Of a stretch of 64,000 nt of DNA, positions 1 through 8,626 are shown in pieces. The stretch covers positions 1,936,830 through 2,000,829 of the forward strand of contig CBDFKX010000002.1 of assembly GCA_965249055.1 (NCBI GenBank). Direction: 5' to 3'. A program made the translations under genes and the position numbers. The notes under the pieces were generated by a model, which made no database searches, was not told the DNA's origin, and worked only from the letters and a program-made list of their open reading frames with translations. Each line of letters begins with the position of its first letter. Within the stretch, counting starts at the first letter, position 1. This DNA is from Candidatus Aldehydirespiratoraceae bacterium (GTDB lineage Bacteria; Actinomycetota; Acidimicrobiia; Acidimicrobiales; Aldehydirespiratoraceae).

Positions 1-374
1 TCCGCAGGGGGCTTTGTGAAGCGACCCGTCGAGCGCGACCTCAGACAAGTCGAGGCCCACGATCCGGTCAAAGGCTTCCAGCGCCTCGCCGCAAACCCGG
101 TCGAACACCCCGACCGCGATCCATTCGTCGCGGCGGCCCCGAAGCGTGGTGTCAGACACCTCAAAATCCATGATCGCTTCCACATCGACCCACGACGCCC
201 CCGTCACCAACCGGATCATGATCCCCCGAAAACACACCCTGTCAGCGATCCGCGGTCGGTGACAACCCAACGGATGGCCCCGATCCGGCGGCGGCAACAA
301 CCACTTGACTGCCGCCCATACAGCATCAAACACTTCAGGCTCCAGCGCGCGCATAATGACAGAAACCTCCACCT
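1..374 (-). CDS. IS5-family (IS4/IS5 superfamily) DDE transposase, N-terminal part; the ORF runs off the left edge
   Basis: My own minus-strand translation from the ATG at 374-372 gives MRALEPEVFDAVWAAVKWLLPPPDRGHPLGCHRPRIADRVCFRGIMIRLVTGASWVDVEAIM...SEVALDGSLHKAPCG. This matches the typical N-terminus of actinobacterial IS5/IS427-group transposases. It is absent from the ORF track because it has no stop in the window. The listed 16..390 + ORF is its antisense shadow. Confidence 0.7.
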
Positions 375-455
375 GGTCGTCGTTGGTTAGGTCAACCCAA
401 AGTTCACTTCGGGCAACCCGACGACCGGTGGATGGTCACCTACCCGCGCGGCCCC
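1..455 (-). mobile_element. Partial IS5-like insertion sequence. Its inner end is placed near the TTAG at 456-459, where cas9 homology stops.
   Basis: The transposase start at 374 lies about 80 bp from the point where the cas9 reading frame degenerates into RLRGRAGR-stop. The exact terminus is not verifiable without the other end. Confidence 0.5.
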
Positions 456-2598
456 TTAGCCTCAAGAAGACGCGTACCCGACGCACATTCAACTGCTTGA
501 GTGCTTCTTCGGCGAACGTTTTCTGCACCGATTGCTCGCTATTCCCCGGGTTGTCCGCCTTGATCTGGCTCCACAGGTCTTTGAGTTCATCTCGGAGTTT
601 GCGATCGCGTACGTCGTCGAGCCTCTTTTCTGTGAGGGAGTCAAGTGACTTTGTCTCGATCAGGATAAATTTCCCGTTCTCGTCTCGCTTCGGCTTGCCT
701 TCGGAATCCCGAACGATTCCGTAGGCGGTGTCGTTGTGCAGAGCCCCGCTCGTCACATCTCTACCCGCGAGTCTCAACGTCTCCTTGTCCTTGAGAGCCG
801 TGAAGTGGTTTGGCCGATGACGTACGACGCAGCGATTCACAAGTTCGCTGACATCTGACCGGTAGCCCTGCCAAGGCAATTCTGCGGTAGCGATGTTCTC
901 AAGACATTCGTCCCGCCCGCTCGCGGTAGCAATGTTCCTCAAAAGAGATCGGGACGTCATCCCGACCACTGCCGCATCGACCATATGATGGCGATGATCC
1001 TTACGGTTCTTGCGTGCCTCTCCCGAACCCGAGAGGATGCTGTCGAGTCCCCAGTCTCGTCGCAGTTTTGCAGTCATTCGGCCCGGTGTGACCCAGATCC
1101 GGTTGTGGGGAACCGCCACTTCAAGGTAATCGCTGACGAGCCGAGAGAGGTAGCGATGTTCGTTCAGTTGACGATCGAGAAATCTATCATCTTGCTCCAA
1201 TCGCTCCATCGCGTTTTCTTTGAAGCGCCATTCTTTCTCCGCAGGCAAGAGTCTCGCCCGGGCGACAATCGCGTCGTAACGCTCGTTGTCGTGACCCCAG
1301 GCTTCAAATGGCGTTCGCTTGCCTTTCTCTTGGTTCGCAGCGGCCATGACAACGACCTTGTTGTTCATACTGATGTCAAGGCTCCGACAACCCGGCAGCA
1401 GGTGGTCCACCTCAGTTTCCGGGGAAAGCACACTCTCTATTGATAGCGATTCGCCAGTGAACGGACAGATTCGCTCGTTCGGCTTGCCTTGCTCATCCCA
1501 GAGCCGCAACCTGCCCATGTCCTTGCCTGAGAGATTTGAATGACCGGCGTCGAAAGCCGCGCTCCGTAACCGCTCGTTGCGTTCTCGGTTCTCTTTTTGG
1601 CTCTTCTTGTCTTCTCGTCGCTGTTGCTCGTTTTGTTTGAGTTCGCGTGCCAGTTCGACGACCACTTCGTAGGGTTTGCCGTGTTCGTCCACGATCGCGT
1701 TGAACAGTTTCCTTACCTGTCCGAGGGCGATATGCACCCTAGGATTGGCGAGCCGTCCGTGTTGTTCGGGTTTGCTGTACCCTGCGGGATCACCCCCTAC
1801 TGCTTGGGACAAAACGGTGCCATAGTAGGGCAATTTATCTTCATTGCCGCTGGCGTGACGGTTCGAATGATGGCCTAAACCGGCGGCCTCCACCGCTTCG
1901 TTGTAGCGGAGACCTGCAGACAGGTGCGGCAGGAGTCGTTCGATAGTGACCTTGGAGAGATGGCCGGTGCCCAGAGGCAGCCGCGCAGATGCTACGTGGG
2001 TTGCCGCTTCCTCACCGAGTCCGAATCTCTTCTCTAGCCAAGTAACGAGTTGTTGATGGTCCGTTTTCTCAATCAATCCCTCAACTAAGTCTTGTTGGTC
2101 GTCGAGGCTCAACGTGGCCCATCCGGCCTTACCAAAACACTTTGCGTTGCGTAATTTCACTCCGGTCTGATCGCCATCGATTTTCTCTCGGTTGCTCGAC
2201 ATATTGATACGGGTGCCCTCGGGCAATCCGAGGAATGCAACAATTTGGCCAAAGGTGTGGTCTTTGCTCTCCAGCAGATTGCCCACGAGCCTCTCCCGTT
2301 CTTCAGTGGTGAGAGACCTTGACTCCTGGTTTGGCGGTGCAACCCTCAGGTTGACGACCTCCTGCCAAATTCGGAATCGCTGGAACAACGGATGTGCTTT
2401 GTCGATTCTCTTATGATCGGGCAGGAGTGTGCAGTATCCCCGCTCAACAGGCCGTAGCTCACGTTGAAAAAGAACCGTGTCAACTATTCCCTTCCAGTCT
2501 TGTGGTGTGATTTGAGGGTGATGAGGTTTTTGTGCCGCGCGAATCGCATTGAGTTCATCCTCAATCATCGCTCGGTCCGGGTAGAGGCCATTTTCTAA
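436..2598 (-). pseudogene. cas9: cas9 (type II-C-like), C-terminal fragment: REC lobe, RuvC-II, HNH and RuvC-III. It lacks most of the WED/PAM-interacting region.
   Basis: Motifs found: VVVELAREL (RuvC-II), EVDHLLPGCRSLDISMNNKVVVMAAANQEKGKRTPFEAW (HNH) and HRHHMVDAAVVGM (RuvC-III). Only about 170 aa follow RuvC-III before the frame runs into the IS5-like element. Confidence 0.85.
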
Positions 2599-4252
2599 GC
2601 CTGGATCCACCGACGGGTTTGTGGGATCGTCGGTTTGGGGCCGGGTGGTCGTTGGGCTGGTGCGTGTGTGCGGGCTGGCGCGTTTTGGGGCGTTTTGGGG
2701 CGTGCGGGACTGGAGTGCGGGGCTGTGGCGGGTTGGTGGCGCTTGGGGTTGGGCTGCGCTGCGCGGGGCGCTGAGCGGCGGCTCAGATGAGCAGGGGGAG
2801 GTTGCGGATTCGTTGCAGGGCGGTGGTGAAGGTGTTCTGCCAGGGCCAGTTGAGCGGCAGGCGCAGTCTGTGGCGGCCGCTGTGGTTGACGAGGCGGCCT
2901 GGCACGGTGAGGAGCCGGTTGCGGATGGTGGCTGCGACGGTGAGTTGGCGCGTGGGGTGGGCGCGGCCGAGGCGGGCGGTCCAGCGGGCGAGGTTGTGCG
3001 CGAGCACGCAGCAGGCGAGCCAGGCGCCGTTGGCGGGGAATCGTCCTGAGGGGCAGCGGCTGAGCCCGGCGCTCTCTTTGAGGTCTCTGATGGCGAGCTC
3101 CACGGTGGCGTGGGCTCGGTGGTAGGTGTCGGCGGCTTTGGTGTCGAGGTCGTGTCTGTCGGTGACGAAGCAGTGGTAGCGCCAGTTGGGCCACAGCTCG
3201 CCTTGGGCGCCGAGCAGGCGGGTGCGGCGCACGATGAGCCGCAGCTTCGCGGGCTTGGCGTCGTCGCCGTGGAGCTTGTCGCCGCGGCGGCCGGCTTCGA
3301 TGGTGGTCTCAGCGACTTGGGCCTCGCCGCCGCGGGTGTAGGCGATCGGTGCCCAGTCGTCGTCGTCGTCTATGGCCGCTATGGCTGCTTTGACCTTGGC
3401 GTTCTGCGGGATCGTGATCGAGTAGGACGCACCGTGGGCGCCGAGGGCCGCGATCATGTCATAGGAGAAGAACCCCGCATCGGCGCGCACCGTCACCGCC
3501 GCGTGCGCCGCCAGGCGCCGCACCCTCGCCAGGGTCTCACGAGCGAAGTGCACGTTGCCGCGCTGAGACGATCCCGACCGCATCCGCGAGTGCAGCACCT
3601 CGCCGGTGTCTGAGCGCACCGCCACCAGCGGGTGATAGCCCAACACCTTGGTGTGGCCGTACGCGGCGCCGTGCTTGGCCTTGCCGCACACCTCACACAC
3701 CGTGGAGTCCAGATCCACCGTCATCTCCGCCACGCTCGGCGCGGCGCCCACAGACCACGCCCGCATCTGTGCTGACTCCAGAGCCTTGTCGAGTTGGCGC
3801 ACATGCCCGAACGTGAACGACCTCAAAAACGTCCCCAGCGTCGACGGCGCCAACGGCGCGAACGGCAGCACCGCCGCCGCCGAGCCCGACCGCAGCCGCT
3901 GCGCGTCGTCGATGCAGCACCCGCCCACCAGCATCGACGCCACCAAAGACAGCACCTTGTGACCCGCCCCCGAACCCGCCGACCCGCCCGGACGCACCGT
4001 GTCGTCGATCAACGCCTCCAAACCCAGCCTCGACATCACCGTGCCCGCCAGCAACAACCCCGCATCAGCCACCAAAGACCCATCATCGAACACCGCCCCC
4101 AACCCGTCGATCCCACCAGCTACGCTCCTCACAGGAAGTGCCTCCTCTCGTGGCCAGAATGACCGTTACATCAAACAGCATTCTCCCACGTCAGGAGGCC
4201 TTTCTGGTGGACGCGCCAACCCCCACAACCTCACCGCACCGGTGGATCCAGG
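2599..4252 (-). mobile_element. Complete IS1380-family insertion sequence (about 1.65 kb) inserted in cas9
   Basis: 14-bp perfect terminal inverted repeats: GCCTGGATCCACCG at 2599-2612 and CGGTGGATCCAGGC at 4240-4253. These are flanked by the direct repeat CTAA at 2595-2598 and 4253-4256 (one base ambiguous). The element holds a single 449-aa transposase ORF. Confidence 0.85.
2783..4132 (-). CDS. IS1380-family DDE transposase
   Basis: 449-aa ORF. The N-terminus ...FDDGSLVADAGLLLAGTVMSRLGLEALIDDTV... and the overall length are typical of IS1380-family transposases. Confidence 0.8.
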   Translation of the reverse strand: MRSVAGGIDGLGAVFDDGSLVADAGLLLAGTVMSRLGLEALIDDTVRPGGSAGSGAGHKVLSLVASMLVGGCCIDDAQRLRSGSAAAVLPFAPLAPSTLGTFLRSFTFGHVRQLDKALESAQMRAWSVGAAPSVAEMTVDLDSTVCEVCGKAKHGAAYGHTKVLGYHPLVAVRSDTGEVLHSRMRSGSSQRGNVHFARETLARVRRLAAHAAVTVRADAGFFSYDMIAALGAHGASYSITIPQNAKVKAAIAAIDDDDDWAPIAYTRGGEAQVAETTIEAGRRGDKLHGDDAKPAKLRLIVRRTRLLGAQGELWPNWRYHCFVTDRHDLDTKAADTYHRAHATVELAIRDLKESAGLSRCPSGRFPANGAWLACCVLAHNLARWTARLGRAHPTRQLTVAATIRNRLLTVPGRLVNHSGRHRLRLPLNWPWQNTFTTALQRIRNLPLLI

Positions 4253-4253
4253 C

Positions 4254-4829
4254 TAAGTTGGCGCGGATCGGCTTACCGCGGGTCTTGCGCAGCCACAGGT
4301 ATTCACCCAGGGTCCTTGCACCAGATTGTTGGATTCGATTGCGCTGTTCGCTGACCGCCTTGCGAATTAGCCCGCCTTCGCCACCGTCGGTCTTGCGGTT
4401 GCTCTTGAAACCTCGACGATCGACGAACGACATTAGCACGACACCCAGTTCATGCTCTTCCAGCCGTCGGTCCAAGCCCTCGGCACGCAGGCACCAAGGG
4501 TCAAGGTCTTGTGAGGCATTGCGTCCCGCTTCATCGGTGGTTAGCAGGCTGAGTTCGTGGAGTGTCTTAACCAGACGCTGTCGTCGGCCAATCATGCGGT
4601 CGCGGTTACGACGCATTCCACGTTTTTCGCGTCGATAGGATGCGTTCGACGTGCCGTTCTTCGGATTGCGGCCATCGGTGTGGATAAGGACTCCACCGTC
4701 AAGCAGTGAGATCGGCTCGGGCGGATCGCTATCGTCTAAGACATAGAGAACCCAACCGATGCTGTTGGTCCCTAGATCAAGTCCGAGGCGCAGCCTCTGT
4801 TGGTGTTCGTTAGGAGCCTTGGCGCGCAT
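4254..4829 (-). pseudogene. cas9: cas9, N-terminal fragment (RuvC-I and arginine-rich bridge helix)
   Basis: ATG at 4829 preceded by GGAGGAGAAG. Motifs found: LGLDLGTNSIGWVLY (RuvC-I Asp) and SYRREKRGMRRNRDRMIGRRQRLVKTL (bridge helix). Removing the IS and one TTAG copy rejoins this fragment in frame with 436-2598 (...RANL|ENGLYPDR...). Confidence 0.85.
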
Positions 4830-4845
4830 GACTTCTCCTCCGCTG

Positions 4846-4988
4846 GCTTGGAACACGTTGCCATACAGGGTCGCGAAGTGTAACGTTGTGGCAAGGGAAT
4901 GGTTGGCGATGCCTACGGGCACCAACAACAAGCTGAAATATGCACCAAGTTGCGAGACGGGCTCCGGCCCGTCTCTGCTCTGTTTTAT
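4846..4988 (+). ncRNA. Candidate structured small RNA (possible tracrRNA or repeat remnant), divergent from and partly antisense to the cas9 5' region
   Basis: The region has no credible ORF. It holds three hairpins in series: TTGCCATACA...TGTA..TGGCAA, then GTTGGCGATGCC-TACG-GGCACCAAC, then a GC-rich terminator hairpin followed by a T-tract. There is no CRISPR repeat in the window to test anti-repeat pairing. Confidence 0.3.
4954..4988 (+). terminator. Intrinsic-terminator-like hairpin
   Basis: GAGACGGGC-TCCG-GCCCGTCTC (9-bp perfect stem) followed by TGCTCTGTTTTAT. Confidence 0.55.
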
Positions 4989-5175
4989 CGCACTCTGTCC
5001 GCATCCGAGAGCGGTGGTCGGTGCATCCTCTGTAGCCTGTTGAGAGATCATTTGAAGATCGGTACCCCGCCGCCCCCTGACGTTCGGATGCTTTGTGCAA
5101 GTTCTGAAAAATGGAGTCTAGAACCTCCGCAAAGTGGAGTTTTGGACGGTGCGGATGCGGCCCATGTCGCTGTGA

Positions 5176-6042
5176 GAGTCGGGGGATTCCAGCGGAGAAG
5201 TATCCCTGGCCTCGCTGCTGGAAGGCGGACGCTGCGTGGCGAAAGATGTCGAACAGACCTACAGCGGCGTTGCTTCGGTGATCTGTCGAGGGGGTTGGCC
5301 CCGCATGATCAAGATGGCGCCGGACACGGCCCAAGCTCGCCTGCGTGACTATCTGGACAACATCACCCGCACCGACATTTCCCGAGTATCCGGCATCAAA
5401 CGCGACCCCCGGCTGGTGATGGCCCTGCTTGCATCCCTTGCCCGCAACGAAGCAACCGCCGCCTCCGGCGCTACCCTGATCAAGGATGTGGCCGGGGAAG
5501 CGGGCAACCCGCCGGCACGCTCCACGATTAGGGCCTACCTGGACGACTTGACCCGATTGTTCGTGCTTGAGCCCCTCCCGGCCTGGACCACCCATCTGAG
5601 ATCGTCGGCTCGTTTGAGAAAATCCCCGAAGCGGTTGTTCATCGACCCCTCGCTGGCCGTCGCCGCCTTGGCCGCGTCGGCGGGATCTGTCGCCCAAGAC
5701 AAGGAGGCGTTGGGGTTTCTGTTCGAATCGATGGCGATCCGTGACCTCCGGGTGTATGCCCAGTCGCTGGATGCCCACCTCTACTACTACGGAGATTCGA
5801 ATGGCCTCGAGGCTGATGTCGTGATCGAAGGATTGGACGGCCAATGGGCTGCCGTGGAGATCAAGCTCGGCGGAGGGAATGCTGTCGCCGGGGCCTTCGA
5901 ATCGCTTCGGGCAGTTCGCTCACAGATCGACACCACCCGGCGCGGAGAACCAGCCCGCCTCATCGTGCTCACCGCATTCGGCCACGGCTACCAGACCCAC
6001 GACGGCATCGCCGTCGTACCCCTGACCGCCCTCAAGCCCTGA
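5176..6042 (+). pseudogene. 5'-truncated AAA-ATPase/DUF4143-family gene. Only the C-terminal DUF4143 part is present.
   Basis: The ORF reads ...RGGWPRM...ARLRDYLDNI...LFIDPSLAVAAL...EALGFLFESMAIRDLRVYA...EADVVIE..., which matches the C-terminal two-thirds of COG1373-type ATPases. The Walker A/B N-terminal domain (about 150 aa) is missing, and the frame opens directly after a stop at 5173-5175. Confidence 0.6.
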
Positions 6043-6416
6043 ACGAGCACCGACGATGAACCTATAGGTCCCGGCGGATTTCCAGTTCCGGTCACCGATC
6101 CCCGCAGCCGCTACCGGCTCTGGCGAGCGACCGAGGTTGAGCACTGGATGCGAACCCACGTCGACGATGGGTATGAGACCCATGAGGACCACGTACGTGT
6201 GGCTATCAACGCCACTTTGGAGCTCCGCTACCACTCAAGCCACATTCCCGACGACCGGAGATCAAACCTGCTCGCTCTGGCCGGCCTGTAGACATGGACC
6301 GGTCTGGCTGGCCGTTTACCGATATATGACGTGAACTTGGATGCCGATGTCCTGAATTTTACATATACTTCATGATTTATGAGTGATTGTCACAGGGGGT
6401 CGATATAGTTACACCC

Positions 6417-7856
6417 ATGGAATTAGCCCCTGTTTCGGATCACTCGGACACCATCGCTGGTGGTGAGACGGCTGCTGGTGGCGTGGCTGTTGGTGGTGAG
6501 ACGGCTGCTGGTGGCGTGGCTGCCGGTGGGGTGGTTCATGTCGAGGTGGTGGATGTGGCCGCTTTGTGTGATGAGGGGTTGTCGTTGCGCCTGGGGGTGT
6601 TGGGTCGTGCTGAGTCTCGCTTGGCGGCGATGAAGGCGCAGGTGCTCGCTGAGGTTGGTCGTCGTCACAGCAAAGGCGATGCGCAGCGTATGGTTCGTGA
6701 CGAGTTGCAAGCCTCGAAGCGTGAGGCCAAACGCGATGTTGAGTCAGCGGCTCGGTTGGCGGAACTGCCCGCGACTAGTAAGGCGTTGGCGTCCGGTGAG
6801 ATCCCCCAAGGTCACGCTCGGTTGATTGCTCGGGCGTCGGGTGAGAGCACGATTGATGAAGAGCTGCTTGTTGAAGCAGCCAATACTGAGCCTTTTGATG
6901 AGTTCGCTAGGACTGTGAAACGTCATCAACAAGACCATGCCGACGATGACGGGCAGGCCTTGTTGGATCGTCAACGCAAGAACCGCAAAGCACGCATCTT
7001 TGAATCAGCCGAGTCCGGCATGTTCGTGCTGAGCGGTGAGTTTGATCAGATCACCGGAGCACGTATCGCTACCGCGTTGACCGCGAAAGAACGCCAGCTA
7101 TGGCACCGCGAGGACCCCAACAAGCGAGCCACGCCTCAGCAACGGATGGCTGACGCGTTGGCCGAGTTGATCTGCGAACCTGCTGGTGACGGCAAGTCTG
7201 CGGGCACTGATCTGTTGGTGATCGCTGATTTCGACGTGCTCAAGCAACAACTAGACAATCCCCGCCTCGCGGACGGTTCACCGATACCTGTCGTTGAGCT
7301 GCATCGCCTAGCCCTTGAAGCCAACTTGTTGCCTTCGATCTTTGACACCAAAGCCCAAGACATGTGGCTGGGCCGCCGGTTGCGGACCGCTTCTGAAGCT
7401 CAACGGGTCGCGTTGATCGCCCGTGATCAACACTGCATCGGCTGCGGGGCGAATCCGTTGTGGTGCCGAGCTCATCACATCATCTGGTGGTCAAAGAACG
7501 GACCCACCGACCTAGACAACCTGGTGTTGGTATGCGACGACTGCCACCACAAAATCCACGACCACGACTGGCAAGTCTACAAACACCCCGAAACCGGCAA
7601 ATACAAACTCAAACCCCCCAACCCAGCCGACACAGCAACCGCAGTCAACAAGGCAACTCCAACCTCATCCGGAGACCGGGCAGCAGCCGAAGTCAACTCG
7701 GCAACCCCAACCGGGCATCCGGGTGACCGCAAACGGGCAACCCCGGGCAGTCCAGCCGATGTCTTAAGACGCAACCGGACGGCGCAGGAACCAAACCCTC
7801 GGAGTGTGACTGCTTCGGAGGAGACTAGGGCAGGACCGGACTCAGAGCACAGGTAG
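6417..7856 (+). CDS. DUF222/HNH endonuclease (REP13E12-like family common in Actinobacteria)
   Basis: The C-terminal part reads DQHCIGCGANPLWCRAHHIIWWSKNGPTDLDNLVLVCDDCHHKIHDHDW (HNH). The N-terminal part is DUF222-like and helical. The start is uncertain (TTG 6387 or ATG 6417). The upstream region is AT-rich. Confidence 0.8.
   Translation: MELAPVSDHSDTIAGGETAAGGVAVGGETAAGGVAAGGVVHVEVVDVAALCDEGLSLRLGVLGRAESRLAAMKAQVLAEVGRRHSKGDAQRMVRDELQASKREAKRDVESAARLAELPATSKALASGEIPQGHARLIARASGESTIDEELLVEAANTEPFDEFARTVKRHQQDHADDDGQALLDRQRKNRKARIFESAESGMFVLSGEFDQITGARIATALTAKERQLWHREDPNKRATPQQRMADALAELICEPAGDGKSAGTDLLVIADFDVLKQQLDNPRLADGSPIPVVELHRLALEANLLPSIFDTKAQDMWLGRRLRTASEAQRVALIARDQHCIGCGANPLWCRAHHIIWWSKNGPTDLDNLVLVCDDCHHKIHDHDWQVYKHPETGKYKLKPPNPADTATAVNKATPTSSGDRAAAEVNSATPTGHPGDRKRATPGSPADVLRRNRTAQEPNPRSVTASEETRAGPDSEHR
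6456..6521 (+). repeat. 33-bp tandem duplication inside the HNH gene (AGGETAAGGVA x2)
   Basis: GCTGGTGGTGAGACGGCTGCTGGTGGCGTGGCT is repeated with one mismatch. Confidence 0.8.
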
Positions 7857-8099
7857 CGCCAAGGCTCAAACAAGACGGGAACGGTTGATCCGGTTGCGAG
7901 TCACCCAGCCGTTAGTAGGTCCCGGCAGGTCCGAGTTGAGTTTCGGAGATGGCCAACCGACGGCGCTCCCGGTGGACGCCGAATGTCGCTCGCGCCGATA
8001 ATCTCTGGACCTTGGTATCCTCACCGGTAGCCGAATGGTGGCTGCCGCCCGCGCAATGCGGGGCGTGCGGCTGGGTAAGAGACCCAAAGGAAATATCTA

Positions 8100-8381
8100 A
8101 TGGCTACCAGCCTGCGCCCAAAATCTGAGACCATCGCCGATATGGCGACCGCCTTTGATCTAGCCGAGAACGACACCGGTTCGCCGGAAATACAAATCGC
8201 CCTGCTATCGGCACGGATCACACACCTCACCGAACACATGAAGGTTCACAAAAAGGACCATCACACGCGGAGAGGTTTGCAGATGCTGGTAGGCCGCCGT
8301 CGTCGTCTTCTCGACTACGTCATGGACAACGATGTAGAACGCTACAGAGCAGTGATCACCCACCTCGGGTTGCGTCGCTGA
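8100..8381 (+). CDS. rpsO: 30S ribosomal protein S15
   Basis: 93 aa, reading ...[48 protein letters not shown]... It sits upstream of pnp as usual. Confidence 0.95.
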   Translation: MATSLRPKSETIADMATAFDLAENDTGSPEIQIALLSARITHLTEHMKVHKKDHHTRRGLQMLVGRRRRLLDYVMDNDVERYRAVITHLGLRR

Positions 8382-8626
8382 ATAAAGTCCGCTGAATAAA
8401 ATCAAAGGGCAATCCCACGGGGCTGCTCTCAACCGGTTGGATCCAGGTCAACACCTAGAACCAACCCGACGAATCCCAGTCGCTGGAATGTCCAGCAAAC
8501 GAAGAACACAAGACCGTTGGTGCTAGTCGAAAATCTCTGAACTGATCAGCCTCCCGAGAGGCCAAGACCAAGATCAGCGATTTCCGACTGGGAACTGGCA
8601 GTCATGTGTTCAGGAGAAACAACAAA

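Noticed and set aside
16-390. 124-aa + strand ORF at the left edge
   Set aside because: It is an Arg/Pro-rich antisense shadow of the IS5-like transposase, which reads convincingly on the minus strand.
424-440. ACCGGTGGAT shared between the IS5-like end region and the IS1380 terminal repeat (4238-4247)
   Set aside because: A 10-nt match with diverging flanks is most likely chance. It does not change the IS boundaries.
2595-3194. 199-aa minus-strand ORF (Pro/Arg/Gln-rich) and other ORFs overlapping the IS1380 transposase
   Set aside because: These are low-complexity products of alternative frames in a GC-rich IS. The 449-aa frame is the one with transposase features.
4810-5844. 344-aa minus-strand ORF spanning the cas9 upstream region and the DUF4143 remnant
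   Set aside because: No recognisable motifs, Gly/Arg-rich composition, and antisense to a frame with clear DUF4143 similarity.
7857-8099. Possible rpsO leader or S15 autoregulatory structure, and the pnp leader hairpin (CTGATCAGCCTC-CCGA-GAGGC...GATCAG at about 8541-8576)
   Set aside because: This is plausible from known biology, but I cannot verify conserved structure by eye. It is not reported as a feature.
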